Below are positions 36,801-50,800 of a stretch of 64,000 nt of DNA, piece after piece. The translations under genes and the position numbers were made by a program. Source of the DNA: Haliotis cracherodii (lineage: Eukaryota); assembly GCF_022045235.1 (NCBI RefSeq), contig NW_027266269.1, positions 8,308,001-8,372,000 on the forward strand, written 5' to 3'. Under the pieces are notes generated by a model. That model was not told the origin of the DNA, did not search any database, and saw only the letters and a list, made by a program, of their open reading frames with translations. Each line of letters starts with the position of its first letter. Position 1 is the first letter of the stretch.

Positions 36801-39800
36801 TTTTGTATCAAAGATTAATCCCCGTACACAAATGACAAAGGTGTGGAACATGGTACAAAGAATCAAAGGGAAGGGTTCAAATTCTGGCGTTCATCATCAT
36901 AAAGATGATCATAGTCTACTAACTGACAAAGTAGACATCGCAAATTTTTTGGGCGAAACTTTAGCCAAACACTCTTCGTCTTCCAATTATAATCCCAAAT
37001 TTCAGTAATATAAAAATCAACAAGAAAAGAAAACTATTAATTTTAATTCAGATAATGGTGAAGACTACAATGAAATATTTTCACTACATGAGCTCAATAC
37101 TGCCCTAGCGCAAGCCCATGATACCGCAACAGGAGCTGATAATATCCACTATCAGCTCCTTAAACATTTACCCAATCCATGTCTTGAAACACTTTTAAAT
37201 ATGTTTGATAATATTTGGACCACTGGACACTTTCCTCCTTCCTGGCTCAATGCTATTGTTATCCCTATACAAAAACCTGGCCGGGATCATACTGATCCAT
37301 TTCATTATCGACCTGTTTTATTAACTAGCTGTGTATGTAAAACCATGGAACGCATGGTCAATAAACGATTAGTATGGTTTTTAGAAACAATGAATCTTAT
37401 TACCAATATTCAATGTGGTTTCTGCAAAAATCGCAATACTATTGACCATCTGGTTCGTTTAGAATCATTCATTAAAAATTCCATTGTAAATAACCAGCAT
37501 GCTGTATCAATCTTTTTTGATCTTTAAAAAGGTTATGATACAACATGGAAACATGGTATTTTAAAAGATTTGCACGACTTCGGTTCACGAGGCCGTTTGC
37601 CTCATTTTTATATCTCAATTTTTATCGGACAGACAATTTCAAGTTCGTGTTGGATCAACCCTGTCTGATCATTATAATCAGGATCAGGGAGTTCCACAAG
37701 GCAGTATTTTATCTGTCACATTGTTCAGTATAAAAATAAATAGTTTATCAAAAGTATTAAATGACTCAATTGATGAAGTCATTCTTTGTGGATGATTTTA
37801 ATATTTCATGTTGTGGTAAAAATATGCGTACTATTGAACGCCAATTACAGTTGTGTCTTAATAAAATTCATAAATGGTGTCTTGAGAATGGATTTAAGTT
37901 CTCACAGACCAAGACCAATTGTATCCATTTTTGTCGGAAATATAAACCTCATAAAGATCCTGAACTCTTTTTAGATGGCACTCCAATCAAGATTGTAAAA
38001 GAAGCAAAATTTTTAGGGTTAATTTTCGACCATCATCTAACTTTTTTGCCAAATATTAAATATCTAAAGACAAAATGCCTGAAGGCCATAGATTTGTTAA
38101 AAGTCGTCTCAAATTCAAAGTGGGATGGGGATCAGAAAACCCTTCTTCACCTCTATCGATCATTGATCCGTTCTAAATTGTACTATGGCTCCATTGTGTA
38201 TGCTGGAGCTTGCCAGAGTAATTTAAAAAAGCTGGATCCAATCCACCATCAAGGATTAAGACTTTGTCTTGGTGCTTTTCGGACTTCCCCAGTTGACAGC
38301 CTCTATGTTGAGTCTGATGAACACTCCTTCGAACAACGCCATATTAAATTGTCTCTCCAGTATATTACTAAATTACGTTACAATCCCTCAAATCCTGCTT
38401 ATGACTCCGTTTTTAATCCCCTATATGAAGAATTGTTTCAGAAGAAACCAAAGATGGTTCCTCCACTTGGTATTCGGCTCAAATCTCATATTAGTGCTGC
38501 AAATCTTGATTTGGACATCACCTCTCCTTACCGACTTTTGTCTGCTCCTCCCTCGCAGTTGGTGAGGCCAGAAGTGGACATTTCCCTCACGTGTTATCTT
38601 AAATCTGACATAAACCAGCTATTCTATCAACAGGAATATTTACAATTATGAAATAAATATGACACTCGCCATTCAATCTATACTGATGGGTCTAAGGATG
38701 GTGGCAAAGTAGCAAGTGCCACTGTCGTTGGATCAAAAATAATATCCTCCAGAATACCAGACAATAGCTCTATTTTCACTGCTGAGGCCAATGCTATTCT
38801 TACAGCATTGATATCCATTCAACAACAGTCTGCATCATTATCATCTTTTCTGATTTTCTTTCTTGCCTTCAGGCACTAAATAATGTGTCTTCGACTCATC
38901 CACTGATTTTAGATATTATGGAACTGTACAATGATCTTTCCACTGGCCAATTCGACATCGTCTTTTGTTGGTTACCCAGTCATATGGGCATAAAAGGTAA
39001 CACAATGGCTGATGCTGCTGCAAAAGCAGCACTCAACAAATCTGTGACACCACTTCTGATCCCATACAGTGATTACAAACCTGTGATTCGATGTTACATC
39101 CGAGATCTGATGCATAAGAAGTGGGGCACCCAAGCAGGTATCAATAAATTACATCAAATTAAACCAAATATCGGTTACACCTACTTGGGTTGTCAGTCCA
39201 GATTTGAAGAGGTAATTTTACGACGATATCGTATTGGCCATAGTAGATATACTAATGAATATGTATTAAAAGGTGAGGATCCTCCGTTTTGTATCCCTTG
39301 TGATGAGAGAATCACAGTCAAGCATGTCCTGCTTGACTGTATTGATTTTTCCATCACAAGGGATAAATATTTTAATGTCAAAACAGTGAAGGACCTTTTT
39401 AGAAATGTTAATTCACATTTAATCATTAACTTTTCTAAAAAGATATAGAGCTAATTCACAAATTTGGATGTAAAAAGTTATGTATTTTATAAATCGGTAG
39501 TGTATACTTAGTAACTGAGACTGTTCGTGGCTATACCCCTGACGGGGGTTGAAGTAGCGTAAAATTATTGTCCCCCTGAGAGGGTATGTAAGCCAACCTC
39601 TTTCAAAGAATATTTATATCTACCTCTATTTTAACTGCAGAATATTTGTTAACTTTTAATATCTGGCTAAACTCGCCATAATCACCAGTAACTTGGGGAA
39701 GTGCAAATCCTGCTGTGGAACCATGCAATTGGCAGAGGTACCGTAAGTCCCCTTGGTCCCCAGTATGGTGATCTTAACCTTGTTGCTGGCGATCTATAGC

Positions 39801-40002
39801 CCCATTTTTATATTGTGTCGTACCTTAATAATCAGATGTTTTTAGTGTTCTACAACTAGTTTTAACTTAATACGTGATATATTGCTAGTTATTATACTGT
39901 CCCTCGTCGACAGTTTTAATGACTATTGTATAACTTGTTCAAGTCACATTATGGCTGAAATATTGCCGGCGTGACTTTAATTAAACTCTCTCACTAACTC
40001 AC
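33805..40002 (+). mobile_element. Full-length I-group (Nimb/I-like) non-LTR retrotransposon, inactivated
   Basis: 14-bp TSD tcccttgacagttc at 33791-33804 and 40003-40016; empty site in unit 2 (~60820). ORF1 (34437-~35650) has 3 CCHC knuckles. ORF2 (35782-39448) has APE (WNCRG, LQET, GDLN, SDH), RT (GVPQGSILS, FVDD), RNase H (YTDGSK, WLPSH.GIKGN..AD) and C-terminal CxxC..H..C, with several stops and frameshifts; (ACTC)n-like tail. Confidence 0.95.
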
Positions 40003-41022
40003 TCCCTTGACAGTTCTTCAAAACTCCTTGTCACCTCACCAGTCTCAGCCGATATCAGTGATATGAAGATTCCCTTGACAGTGCTTCAAGACTCAAGCAG
40101 TTTAATCAGAACTCAACTTGTTCAGAAAACAGATCTATCTTAGACTTAGTTACTGATGAACAACTAGAGTTTTTAAGACAAAACGTTAACTGAATATGGT
40201 TCACGCAAGAACCCGCAAGTGGAACATAATAACATAACGAACATAAACTTCGTCTAGACTAAGGACGAGTCATGACAGATGAGGCCTTCTCCACACTAAG
40301 CAAATGAAAGTGGACGGCGATCTTGTCGTAAAAATATTTGAATTCTCAACAAACCAAAAGTATCGACAGTCATGAACATCAACACACCCGAAATTTTCTG
40401 TATAGTAAATGAGAATCACGAACATGATAAAACAATTTTGAGCTAGAATGAAATTTTAATTGGGAAATGGTTGCCCAAACACCGGTACTGTTACAACACA
40501 ACACTGACTATAAGTATAGCACTGCTAAACTGGAACAATGTCTGTCTGTCTGTCTGTCTGCCTATTTCTGGTGTCTCCCGCCGTGTTATTGCTGGAATAT
40601 TGCTAAAAGCGGCGTAAAACCATACTCACTCACTGAAGCTATATGGCGGTGACAGGAAGGCTTCAGTGTTTGGGAGTCTTCACATTTTCCGAAAAGTTCT
40701 TGGTGTGTATGGCAAGGAAGCACATCCCGGGATTAGTCCAATTCGCTGTCTGGTTTGATTGTTTATTTGTTATTTACCACTGCACCCAGCAATTTTCCAG
40801 CTATCTGACGGCGATCTGTACATAATGACATCTGGACAAGACAATCCAGTGATTGCCATCATGTGCATCTATCCACGAAACTGGGATACAATGACATGCA
40901 TTAACCAGGTAAGCGAGCAGTTATGCTTCTCACGGTTATTAGACCTTTTCTAAACCGGATCTTCATGGGTCGATAATACATCTAAGGGCTCATAAGGAAA
41001 CTATAGCTACTTGACTTCTCAC

Positions 41023-41237
41023 AATTTCAGTATCATTACCTGGAACAGTGTTGTAGGCGTATCCGTAGGGCGTCAGCAGATACCGGGAATAGCAGTGGAC
41101 GGAGATGTAGGCGGAGATGACGCCCTTTGTCGCCTTGATGGTGCTGACCAGGTCATGCATGTTGCGACTCTCCGCCTCAGAGAAGATGCTGGGGCCTCGA
41201 TATGTGTCTGATGCACAGCTGCCAGAAAACCCACCTC
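41023..41237 (-). pseudogene. Orphan exon of an M14A zinc carboxypeptidase (CPA/CPB-like), unit 1
   Basis: cttcag acceptor and gtgaga donor; GGFSGSCASDTYRGPSIFSEAESRNM...ISAYISVHCYSRYLLTPYGYAYNTVPGNDTEI matches the C-S-D-T-Y-x-G-P-x-x-F-S-E and Y-I-S-x-H-S-Y-S-Q...PYGY motifs (third zinc His). No other exons were found. Confidence 0.8.
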
Positions 41238-42043
41238 CTGAAGGTCAGGTCAGGTCGGGTCAGGTGAAATGGGGTTAAACGTCGCGTTCACGATTATTGC
41301 ACGTATGTGTGTAGCTGTTTATATTAGTCCAGAATGATGCCGATTTTATACTGCTAGCCCCCTGAGATACCATGCCGCAGTACACTGACTCCGAGCCGAC
41401 CAGTTCTTGTTTTAGCCCCTTAATGCCGAGCGCCAGACAAGTATCAACAAGTACCATCTTTTAACGTCTTTTGGTACAACACGACCGGGCATCGAGCCCC
41501 CGACCTTCGGCTGTCCTTGATGAGCACTACCACTAGACGACGGAGGAGATGTTCGTGTGAAACAGACGCCGAGAAGAGCTGCCAGGCGAACCACTATTGT
41601 GACGTCACGCTGTTGTTGTTGCAGTCAGTAATTATAGAAAGTAGCAGAGAAAATATATATCAACCATAACATAGTATAAATCGGATTGAGTGAGTGACCA
41701 TGTTTTTTTCGGCGCTTTTAGCAATATTCCAGAAATATCACGGCGGGGGACACCAGAAATGGGCTTCACACATTGTGCCCATGAATCGAACCCGGGCCTT
41801 AACTGTGACGAGCGAACGAGCGGACGAACGCTTTTACCACTAGGGTTACCCTACACCCCTAATCGGGAAATGGAATCAACAGATACTCATGATTTCACCG
41901 AATACACAGTGCGTTTCACGTTTTTACGCCACAGAAAAGAAGCTGAGATTCAGGATTATTCTATCAACAGCTGCCTGACGAACGGACTCCTGAACGGACC
42001 ATATTAAAGTCTGCAATACTTTAAACCTCCATAACTCAAAACT

Positions 42044-44803
42044 CCAGACGCTGCGTCTCGTCAAAGGCTACCAGGCCTCAGACAAGATGCTCTGTCTCGT
42101 CAAAGGCTACCACAACTCAGACATGACGCTGTGCCTCGTCAAAGGCTACCAGAACTCAGACAAGACGCTGTGTCTCGTCAAAGGCTATCAGAACACAGAC
42201 AAGACGCTTTGTCTCGTCAAAGGCTACCACAACTCAGACAAGACGCTGTGTCTCGTCAAAGGGTATCAGAACTCAGACAAGACGCTGTGTCTCGCCAAAG
42301 GCTACCACAACTCAGACAAGATGCTCTGTCTCGTCAAAGGCTACCACAACTCAGACATGACGCTGTGTCTCGTCAAAGGCTACCAGAACTCAGACAAGAC
42401 GCTGTGTCTCGTCAAAGGCTATCAGAACACAGACAAGACGCTGTGTCTCGTCAAAGGCTAAAATAACTCAGACAAGACGCTGTGTCTCGTCAAAGGCTAC
42501 CACAACTCAGACAAGACGCTGTGTCTCGTCAAAGGCTATCGGAAAACAGACAAGACGCTGTGTCTCGTCAAAGGCTACCACAACTCAGACAAGACGCTGT
42601 GTCTCGTCAAAGGCTATCAGAACACAGACAAGATGCTGTGTCTCGTCAAAGGCTACCACAACTCAGACAAGACGCTGTGTCTCGTCAAAGGCTATCAGAA
42701 CACAGACAAGACGCTGTGTCTCGTCAAAGGCTTCCACAACTCAGACAAGACGCTGTGTCTCGTCAAAGGCTATCAGAACACAGACAGGACGCTGTTTCTT
42801 GTCAAAGGCTTCCACAACTCAGAAAAGACGCTGTGTCTCATCAAAGGCTACCACAACTCAGACAAGACGCTGTGTTTCGTCAAAGGCTATCAGAAGTCAC
42901 AAAAGACACTGTGTCTCGTCAAAGGCTACCACAACTCAGACAAGACGCTGTGTCTCGTCAAAGGCTATCGGAAAACAGACAAGACGCTGTGTCTCGTCAA
43001 AGGCTACCACAACTCAGACAAGACGCTGTGTCTCGTCAAAGGCTATCAGAACACAGACAAGATGCTGTGTCTCGTCAAAGGCTACCAGAACTCAGACAAG
43101 ACGCTGTGTCTCGTCAAAGGCTATCAGAACACAGACAAGACGCTGTGTCTCGTCAAAGGCTAAAATAACTCAGAAAAGACGCTGTGTCTCGTCAAAGGCT
43201 ACCACAACTCAGACAAGACGCTGTGTCTCGTCAAAGGCTATCGGAAAACAGACAAGACGCTGTGTCTCGTCAAAGGCTACCACAACTCAGACAAGACGCT
43301 GTGTCTCGTCAAAGGCTATCAGAACACAGACAAGATGCTGTGTCTCGTCAAAGGCTACCACAACTCAGACAAGACGCTGTGTCTCGTCAAAGGCTATCAG
43401 AACACAGACAAGACGCTGTGTCTCGTCAAAGGCTTCCACAACTCAGACAAGACGCTGTGTCTCGTCAAAGGCTATCAGAACACAGACAGGACGCTGTTTC
43501 TTGTCAAAGGCTTCCACAACTCAGAAAAGACGGTGTGTCTCATCAAAGGCTACCACAACTCAGACAAGACGCTGTGTTTCGTCAAAGGCTATCAGAAGTC
43601 ACAAAAGACACTGTGTCTCGTCAAAGGCTACCACAACTCAGACAAGATGTTGTGTTTCGTCAAAGGCTATCAGACCTCAGACAAGATGTTGTGTCTCGTC
43701 AAATTCTATCAGAACTCAGACAAGACGCTATGTCTCATCAAAGGCTACAAGAACTCAGACAAGGGGCTGTGTTTCGTCAAAGGCTATCAGAACTGATACA
43801 AAACACTGTGTCTCTTCAAATGCTATCAGAACTCACAAAAGACACTGTATCTGGTCAAAGGCTACCACAACACAGACAAGACGCAGTGTCTCGTCAAAGG
43901 CTACCAGAACTCAGACAAGATGCTGTGTATCGTCAAAGGCTATCAGAACTCAGAGAAGACACTGTGACTCGTTAAAGGCTATCAGAACTGATACAAGACG
44001 CTGTGTCTCGTCAAAGGCTATCAGAACACAGGCACGACGCTGTGTCTCGTCAAAGGCTACCACAACTCAGACAAGATGCTGTGTCTCGTCAAAGGCTATC
44101 AGAACACAGACAAGATGCTGTGTCTCGTCAAAGGCTACCACAACTCAGACAAGATGCTGTGTCTCATCAAAGGCTATCAGAACACAGACAAGACGCTGTG
44201 TCTCATCAAAGGGTACCACGACTCAGACAAGACGCTGTGTCTCGTCAAAGGCTACCACAACTCAGACAAGACGCTGTGTCTCGTCAAAGGCTATCAGAAG
44301 TCACAAAAGACACTGTGTCTCGTCAAAGGCTACCACAACTCAGACAAGACGCTGTGTCTCATCAAAGGCTACCAGAGCTCAGACAAGATGTTGTGTTTCG
44401 TCAAAGGCTATCAGACCTCAGACAAGATATTGTGTCTCGTCAAAGGCTACCACAACTCAGACAAGACGCTATGTCTCATCAAAGGCTACCAGAACTCAGA
44501 CAAGGGGCTGTGTTTCGTCAAAGGCTATCAGAACTGATCCAAGACACTGTGTCTCGTCAAATGCTATCAGAACTCACAAAAGACACTGTATCTGGTCAAA
44601 GGCTACCAAAACTCAGACAAGATGCAGTGTCTCGTCAAAGGCTATCAGAACTGATACAAGACGCTGTGTCTTGTCAAATGCTATCAGAGCTCAGAAAAGA
44701 CGCTGTGTCTCGTCAAAGGCCACCACAACTCAGACAAGATGCTGTATCTCGTCAAATGCTATCAGAACTCACAAAAGACACTGTGTCTCTAATGCTATCA
44801 GAA
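42044..44803 (+). repeat. 39-bp minisatellite, ~70 copies, with 78-bp and 702-bp higher-order structure
   Basis: Unit ctcagacaagacgctgtgtctcgtcaaaggctaccacaa alternates with ...ggctatcagaacacagac. Variant blocks recur 702 bp apart (ORFs at 42482/43184 and 42633/43335). Confidence 0.97.
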
Positions 44804-47800
44804 CTCGCTGACTTGGTTGATGCATGTCATCGTATCCCCATTGCGTGGATCGATAATCATAATGTCAATCACTTGATTGTCTGGTCTTTATTATTTATAA
44901 ACCACCGTCATATGGCTGGAATATTGCTGCGTGCGGCGTTGCAACACACAAACAAAACAAGCATGCTCAAATACTACAGTTCTTAATACCACACTTCTCC
45001 ATGGTATATATTCCAGGCTGTTTTATTTTAACCAAAACTAGAATACTTACAACATGCACGGTTCACCACACGAATCGTACTTTCGCTACCGTCAGTGCCC
45101 TCATAAACACACCTACTCATGTGTAATGTGCTTTTAATGCCATTAGCAAGCGTTTACTTGTTTGATAGCCTATATGATCGTCACATCGTGGCACATTGTA
45201 AACAGCTGAGTCTCTGTCAGTGACTAAAAGAATGAAAACATACCAAGCTGATAGAGTACGATGACATGACATCAGCCAAGTCAGACCACCAGCCCCAAAT
45301 ATGTTGACAAGCAATTCGATGTTGGGTATGAAGTCTAGCCCCTGTCTCATAGGAACCATGCTTGTCATGCAGGTTTGTTGAGAGACAAGGTCATGACTTA
45401 CTAAATTTGAAACATGATGTACACCTTCATATAAATAAAATGTAGCACTGGAACCAATGTTGTTAAAATCAGATCTGGCTATGGCTACTGCTAAACAAAG
45501 ATCCCAAGACAATACCATTCGAGGTCATATCAGACTGACCTTGCGCGAACTTTGACTGACCAATGAAATGACTGACAAGAAGTCGACAAATTAAGGAAAT
45601 CAGAAGGTAATATCAAATTTGCGATGACGCTTCGAAACATATTTTGACAAATTCTTGATAAAAGATTTGAAACCTGAACAAAACAACATTCTGAAATGGC
45701 TAATATATGCTTTAGATTGTGTGTCGTTAAGCCCATAACTATCGTTCAGAATACCCCATGTTAAAGTTTTCCATGTTGCATGATTAGAAATCATATTCCG
45801 ACTGGCAATTTGGTGATCTGGTAAGCAACGCACTAATTGGTTGGATGAAAGTTCGTTCTGACGTGCCCCTAATGAGATGTCTTCAGATCTTTATTTAGCA
45901 GTATCGAGAACTAAGATCTTATTTTCAAGAGGTTGCACTGTAGCCAACTTTAAGCAAACAGCAAATAGTGAATTAGTTAACGTTCACCTCACGACGGACG
46001 CATTTCAGTGTGTACAGTGACAAGAACAGTTAATCTGATTATGTGTGTTTGTTTGCTTGTTTGTTGTTTAACGCCGCACTCGGCAATATTCCAGCTATAT
46101 GACGGCGGTCTGTAAATAATCGAGTTTGGACCAGACAATCCAGTGACTGATAACAAGAGCATTGATCCACGCAAATGGGATACGATGACATGCATCAACC
46201 AAGTCAGCGAGTGTGACCACACGATCCCGTTAGTCGCCTCTTACGACAAGCATAGTCGCGTTTGACGGCAAGCATGAGTTATTGAAGACCTATTCTACCT
46301 CTGATCTTCACGGGTCCCAAATAAAAGATATGTAAACGATGGACACGATTCCCCTAATAACAACCTGGATTGGCTCTACTCATAATCTCAGTTGAATTTC
46401 AACTTTCAAAACGCGAAGAGAACCTGAAACTTCACAAGAAATCCACTGAATCCATTGTTTGTTTCTTTGCATCAGGGTCCATCTATTTACTTACACAGTA
46501 TTCTGGTCAAAACAATGCCGAAAAAGGTCATGGGAAAACAAAGCTTAATCCAAGGATACTTTCAATCAATACCAATATTTTGTCCTATTTAATTTCTTTA
46601 TCTATGTCTTTGATCTGAAACCAAAATCTTTCAGCTTTAATGTTTTAAAGTGAAACAGAATCTTATTTACTACGAACCTTTTAGTGCAATGAAGCGACGA
46701 CCAGAGTGTGGGATAAATTGCCTTTTCACCACACAGAGATTCATTAGTGGGATCAAACTGGGAAGAAACCACGTTAAAACGATATACGTGAGTAGTTCCT
46801 TTTTCAAATCGTGCATCCCTTCTAGTATATATGTTACATATGAGTATATAATTACAAATGGCAATGCGTCAGTCATGTATTATGTATCTGTTATTTCATC
46901 TGGCTATTTAAAAAGATTGCAAGATGTTTAAGGACGATTTCTTCTTGGGCAAATCTCTGGGAAATTCCATCAGCATTCTGTGGGGAGGAATACTGGGATT
47001 CGGAGCAGTACAGCTAATTTCAGTTGACGTTCAGAGACGTTGAGCCAACGTTATTTTGAGCGTCAGACCTGCGTACACTTTGAACTCAATCTCATCAGTG
47101 AGTGAGTGAGTGAGTGAGGTAGTGAGTGAGTGAGAACACGTCACATCGGCAATATTTCAGCTATATCGTGATGAGATTAGACATTGTCTCCGAAGGACAT
47201 TACAATAACTAGATTATCACAGATTTAAGGAAAAACTAGTAAATGTAAAAGGAAAATGTAAAAGAATAAACTATCATCAAACAACACAGTTTATTATATG
47301 CAACTTTAGCAATCAATTGAAATAACAAATATGATGCAATTAAAACTAAGGTAGGAATAACATACTTTGAAAGACACAGCCTTACAAAGCCCACTCAGGG
47401 CACAATAATTTTTCAGTCCTTCAACCCCCGTCAAGGGCACAGCCATAAACACTCTCAGTTAATAGTCAATATGTTTAATAGTGTGTAAGGAGAAGACAAG
47501 AGCTGATATGGAGAGATAATATCTTGATCTAGATTAGCAGCATTATTGTGTGATTTGATCCGAACCAGCTTTGGTTTCCTCTGAATCAGTTCTTGATAGA
47601 GAGGATGAGTCATTGTCAGTGATTAGTGGGATTGGTTGGTTTGTTGGTTTGTTGTTTAACACCGCACTCGGCAACACTCCAGCTATATGATGGCAGTCTG
47701 TAAGTAATCGAGTCTGGACCAGACAATCCAGTGATTGACATCATCGTGATTGGGATAGATGACATGCATCAACCAAGTCGGCGAGAGCCTGACCACACGA

Positions 47801-50800
47801 ATCCAATAAACACCTTTTACGGCAAACATGGGTTGCTGAAGGCCTATTCTACCCCGGAATCTTCATGGGTCCCAGGGATTGGAATGTAATTTAGTGATAT
47901 AGTAATATAATACGGAGTTGTTTCAAAAATATTCATCGGTAGAAATTCTAAAAGCTCTAAAATATAGTTTTAGCCCTTGGTGTTGGACTGAATCTTACTT
48001 TTTAAAATTATTTTTTCAAGCTTCAGCATACACAATGGAGCCACAGTCTTACTTAGAGCAGATTAATATCTCGAAAGTGAAAAAGAGTTGCCTGTGGCAT
48101 AAACGTCAAATGGTGGTCGAAAATGAACCCCAAACATTTGGTTTATTTTAATAGGAGCGCAATCTAAAGAGAGCCCTGGGTTATGTCTTTGACTGTGAAA
48201 ACTAAAAGCCATTCTCATGACATCATTGATGAATTTTATTAAGACACAGCAGTAAATGTCATTGTACGCATATTTTTACGACAAAATGAAATATTAAAAT
48301 CATCCACAAACAATGACCCATCAATTGAGTCATCATATACTTGAACAAACTATTTATTGTATACTAAACAATGTGACAGACACATTTCTGCCCTATGAGA
48401 CCCCTTAATCCTGATTATAATGATCACACAGGGTTGATCCAACATGAACCTGAAATTGTCTGTCTGTTTAATACTGCGATACAAATTGAAGCAAGCGGCC
48501 TCTTAAACCTAGGTCATATAAATCTTTAAAAGAAGCATGCTTCCAAGTGGTATCATTAACGTTTTCAAGATACAAAAGATAGATACAGCTTTCTGTTTAT
48601 TGACAAAAGCATTATTCATAAAAGATTCTAAATGAAGTAAATGGTCAATTGTACTTCGGTTTTAACGAACACCGTTTCGGATATCACTGATTAGATTGTT
48701 GGTTCTAAAAAAACAAACAAATCGATTATTTACCAGGTGCTCCATGGTTTTACAAACACAGCTACTTTATGAAAATAGGTCGATAAGTTGATGGGTCTGT
48801 ATGATCCCTGCCAGGCTTGATATGGGTACGACTATGACATTTCTCCACGAAGGAGAGAAATGTCCTATTGTCCAAATATCATCAAAAATATTCAGTGGTG
48901 TTGCGAGAGAAAAATCAGGCAAGTATTTTAGGAATTGATAATGGATATCACCAGCACCGGTCATCATGAGCTTGTGCTAAAGCAGTGTGTAGCTCAGATA
49001 GTGTAAATACTTCGCTGTAATCTTACCCATTGTCAGAATTAATGTTAACTTTTCTTTCTCTTGTTGTTTTTTTACACTTCTGAAACTTTGGGTTATATTT
49101 TGACGAAGAAAAATGTTTAGCTAATGTTTCACCAAACTTATTTGCAATATCAGATTGTTCAGTCAATAACGGATTGCAAACTTTGAGATTATGAGTACTA
49201 GACTTGAAACCTTTGCCTTTGATTTTTTTATCATATTCCGTACCTTTGACATGGGCATTCATGAAATAATTTCGGAAACATAATTCTTTCAAGTCAGACA
49301 ATTTAGTGAGTTTAAAAGTTTGTCAAGCCTTGGCATAATTTTTACATTATCTAAATTATGAAAAGTGTGATGGCATCAAAAGATTTTATCTGCATTCTTC
49401 CTACTCTTCCCTGCTTGTTTGCCTTCGTCATTAAACTATGGTTTACGAATATGTGAGTTCACAGTGGACCTCGGAATATGCTATATGCTATGTCAGCTAT
49501 ATGCTTCAGTTAGTCAGAGAATTACTGACATGGGTCAGGATCATCCATAAAAAGGTCTTGATGCAATATTTGTCAGAATAAATGGTCTGAAATAATGGCC
49601 AATTGGCCTTAGAAACATCACTTGAATTTGTGATTGACAGATCTAGAGCAGAGAATGTTCAAGTTGCAGGATGTAAATATATGTTCGAGCCATCTTGACC
49701 ATGCATGCATTATCATTTGCAATAAAATCTTCAAGAAGTTTCCGTATACTGTTAGTATCGGATCGGGCACCTAGAGTATTGTGTCCATTAAGATCACCCA
49801 TGATGATACAGGGCTAAGGGAACTGGGCAAATAAATCCTGAAGATTGGACTGCTGAAGATTTGAAGATTTAGAAATATACAAGAAACAAAGTGTAAAGGT
49901 TATTCGTAAAGTGAGACGAATAGCAGAATGGAAGCAGCGCCTGTGGCTTTAACACCGGGTGGTGAAAATAAATGATCAGATGTATAGTGACACATTTAAA
50001 AACATTCATGTTGATGATATCTTTCTTGGTTGAAAATGTTGTGCTAATTATTGACAAATTTAGAAAATGTTAAATGAACATATACTCTTCGATTAAAATT
50101 TTGGTGGTGAAAAACTTCTTTGAATGACGTGGTTTTACATATTCTCTCTGGGGAACAATCCTTTTTTAAATTTCTTCATCCCCGTCAAGGGTACAGTCAC
50201 TAACAATCTAAGTTAAAAAATTCTTTCTACCAAGTCTATAAAACATCATTTATTAATTACTAAACATATTGTTTGAAATTGATTTAACAATTCTATTTCT
50301 ATCTTTCTACTTCCAAGAATTAAATAAGTACTTTCCTGATTAAAAAGATCCTTGATGGATGAAACTTTGAAGTATTGATCCCTTGTACGAAGAACGAATC
50401 AAATGCTGTCAGTGACATTTACATTTTATATTGTATATTTTTTAATCATTGATAAGTAAAATTTTGATTGCTGTATTTTTTAAATAAATAAATAAATTAA
50501 CTGTTACAATTGGCAGTATAAATCGGTAGCTGAGATTGTTAGTGGCTATATTGTTGAAAGGGGTTAAAGTAGTGTAAAATTATTGTCCCAATGCAATCGT
50601 CCATAAATTCTTCAATGCAGCTAAAAATATTTGATTTTCCAAAGTATGTGCAGATTAAAAACTATCAGACAATAGGCCCTGCACAAGTCCCCACATAATG
50701 ATTTGAAACCTTCAGCATTAAGGGCAAGATTGAGACTAGTAAAATAGTGAATGCACCTGATGCCCCATGATCCATTTATCTCACTGAAGCAATAAATAAA

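Larger units (their letters stand above)
19033..44803 (+). repeat. Tandem segmental duplication unit 1 (25.8 kb including unit-specific TEs)
   Basis: Colinear near-identity with 44804-63448, e.g. 20440-20850 vs 46680-47100, 27060-29630 vs 53540-56070, 31110-33450 vs 56070-60770, 40100-42060 vs 60920-63280. Confidence 0.93.

Noticed and set aside
41880-41950. Minus-strand LWRKN, resembling the preceding carboxypeptidase exon (WRKNR)
   Set aside because: No G-x-D-x-N-R-N motif follows, there is an early stop, and the unit-2 paralogue reads WCKD.
42044-44803. Regular ~39-bp periodic array that could be mistaken for CRISPR, or for a repeat-protein gene (670-aa and 327-aa ORFs)
   Set aside because: Units are contiguous with no unique spacers, there are no cas genes and the context is eukaryotic. 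The ORFs come from a stop-free 13-codon unit, lack supporting splice or promoter context, and shrink to ~5 units in the paralogue.
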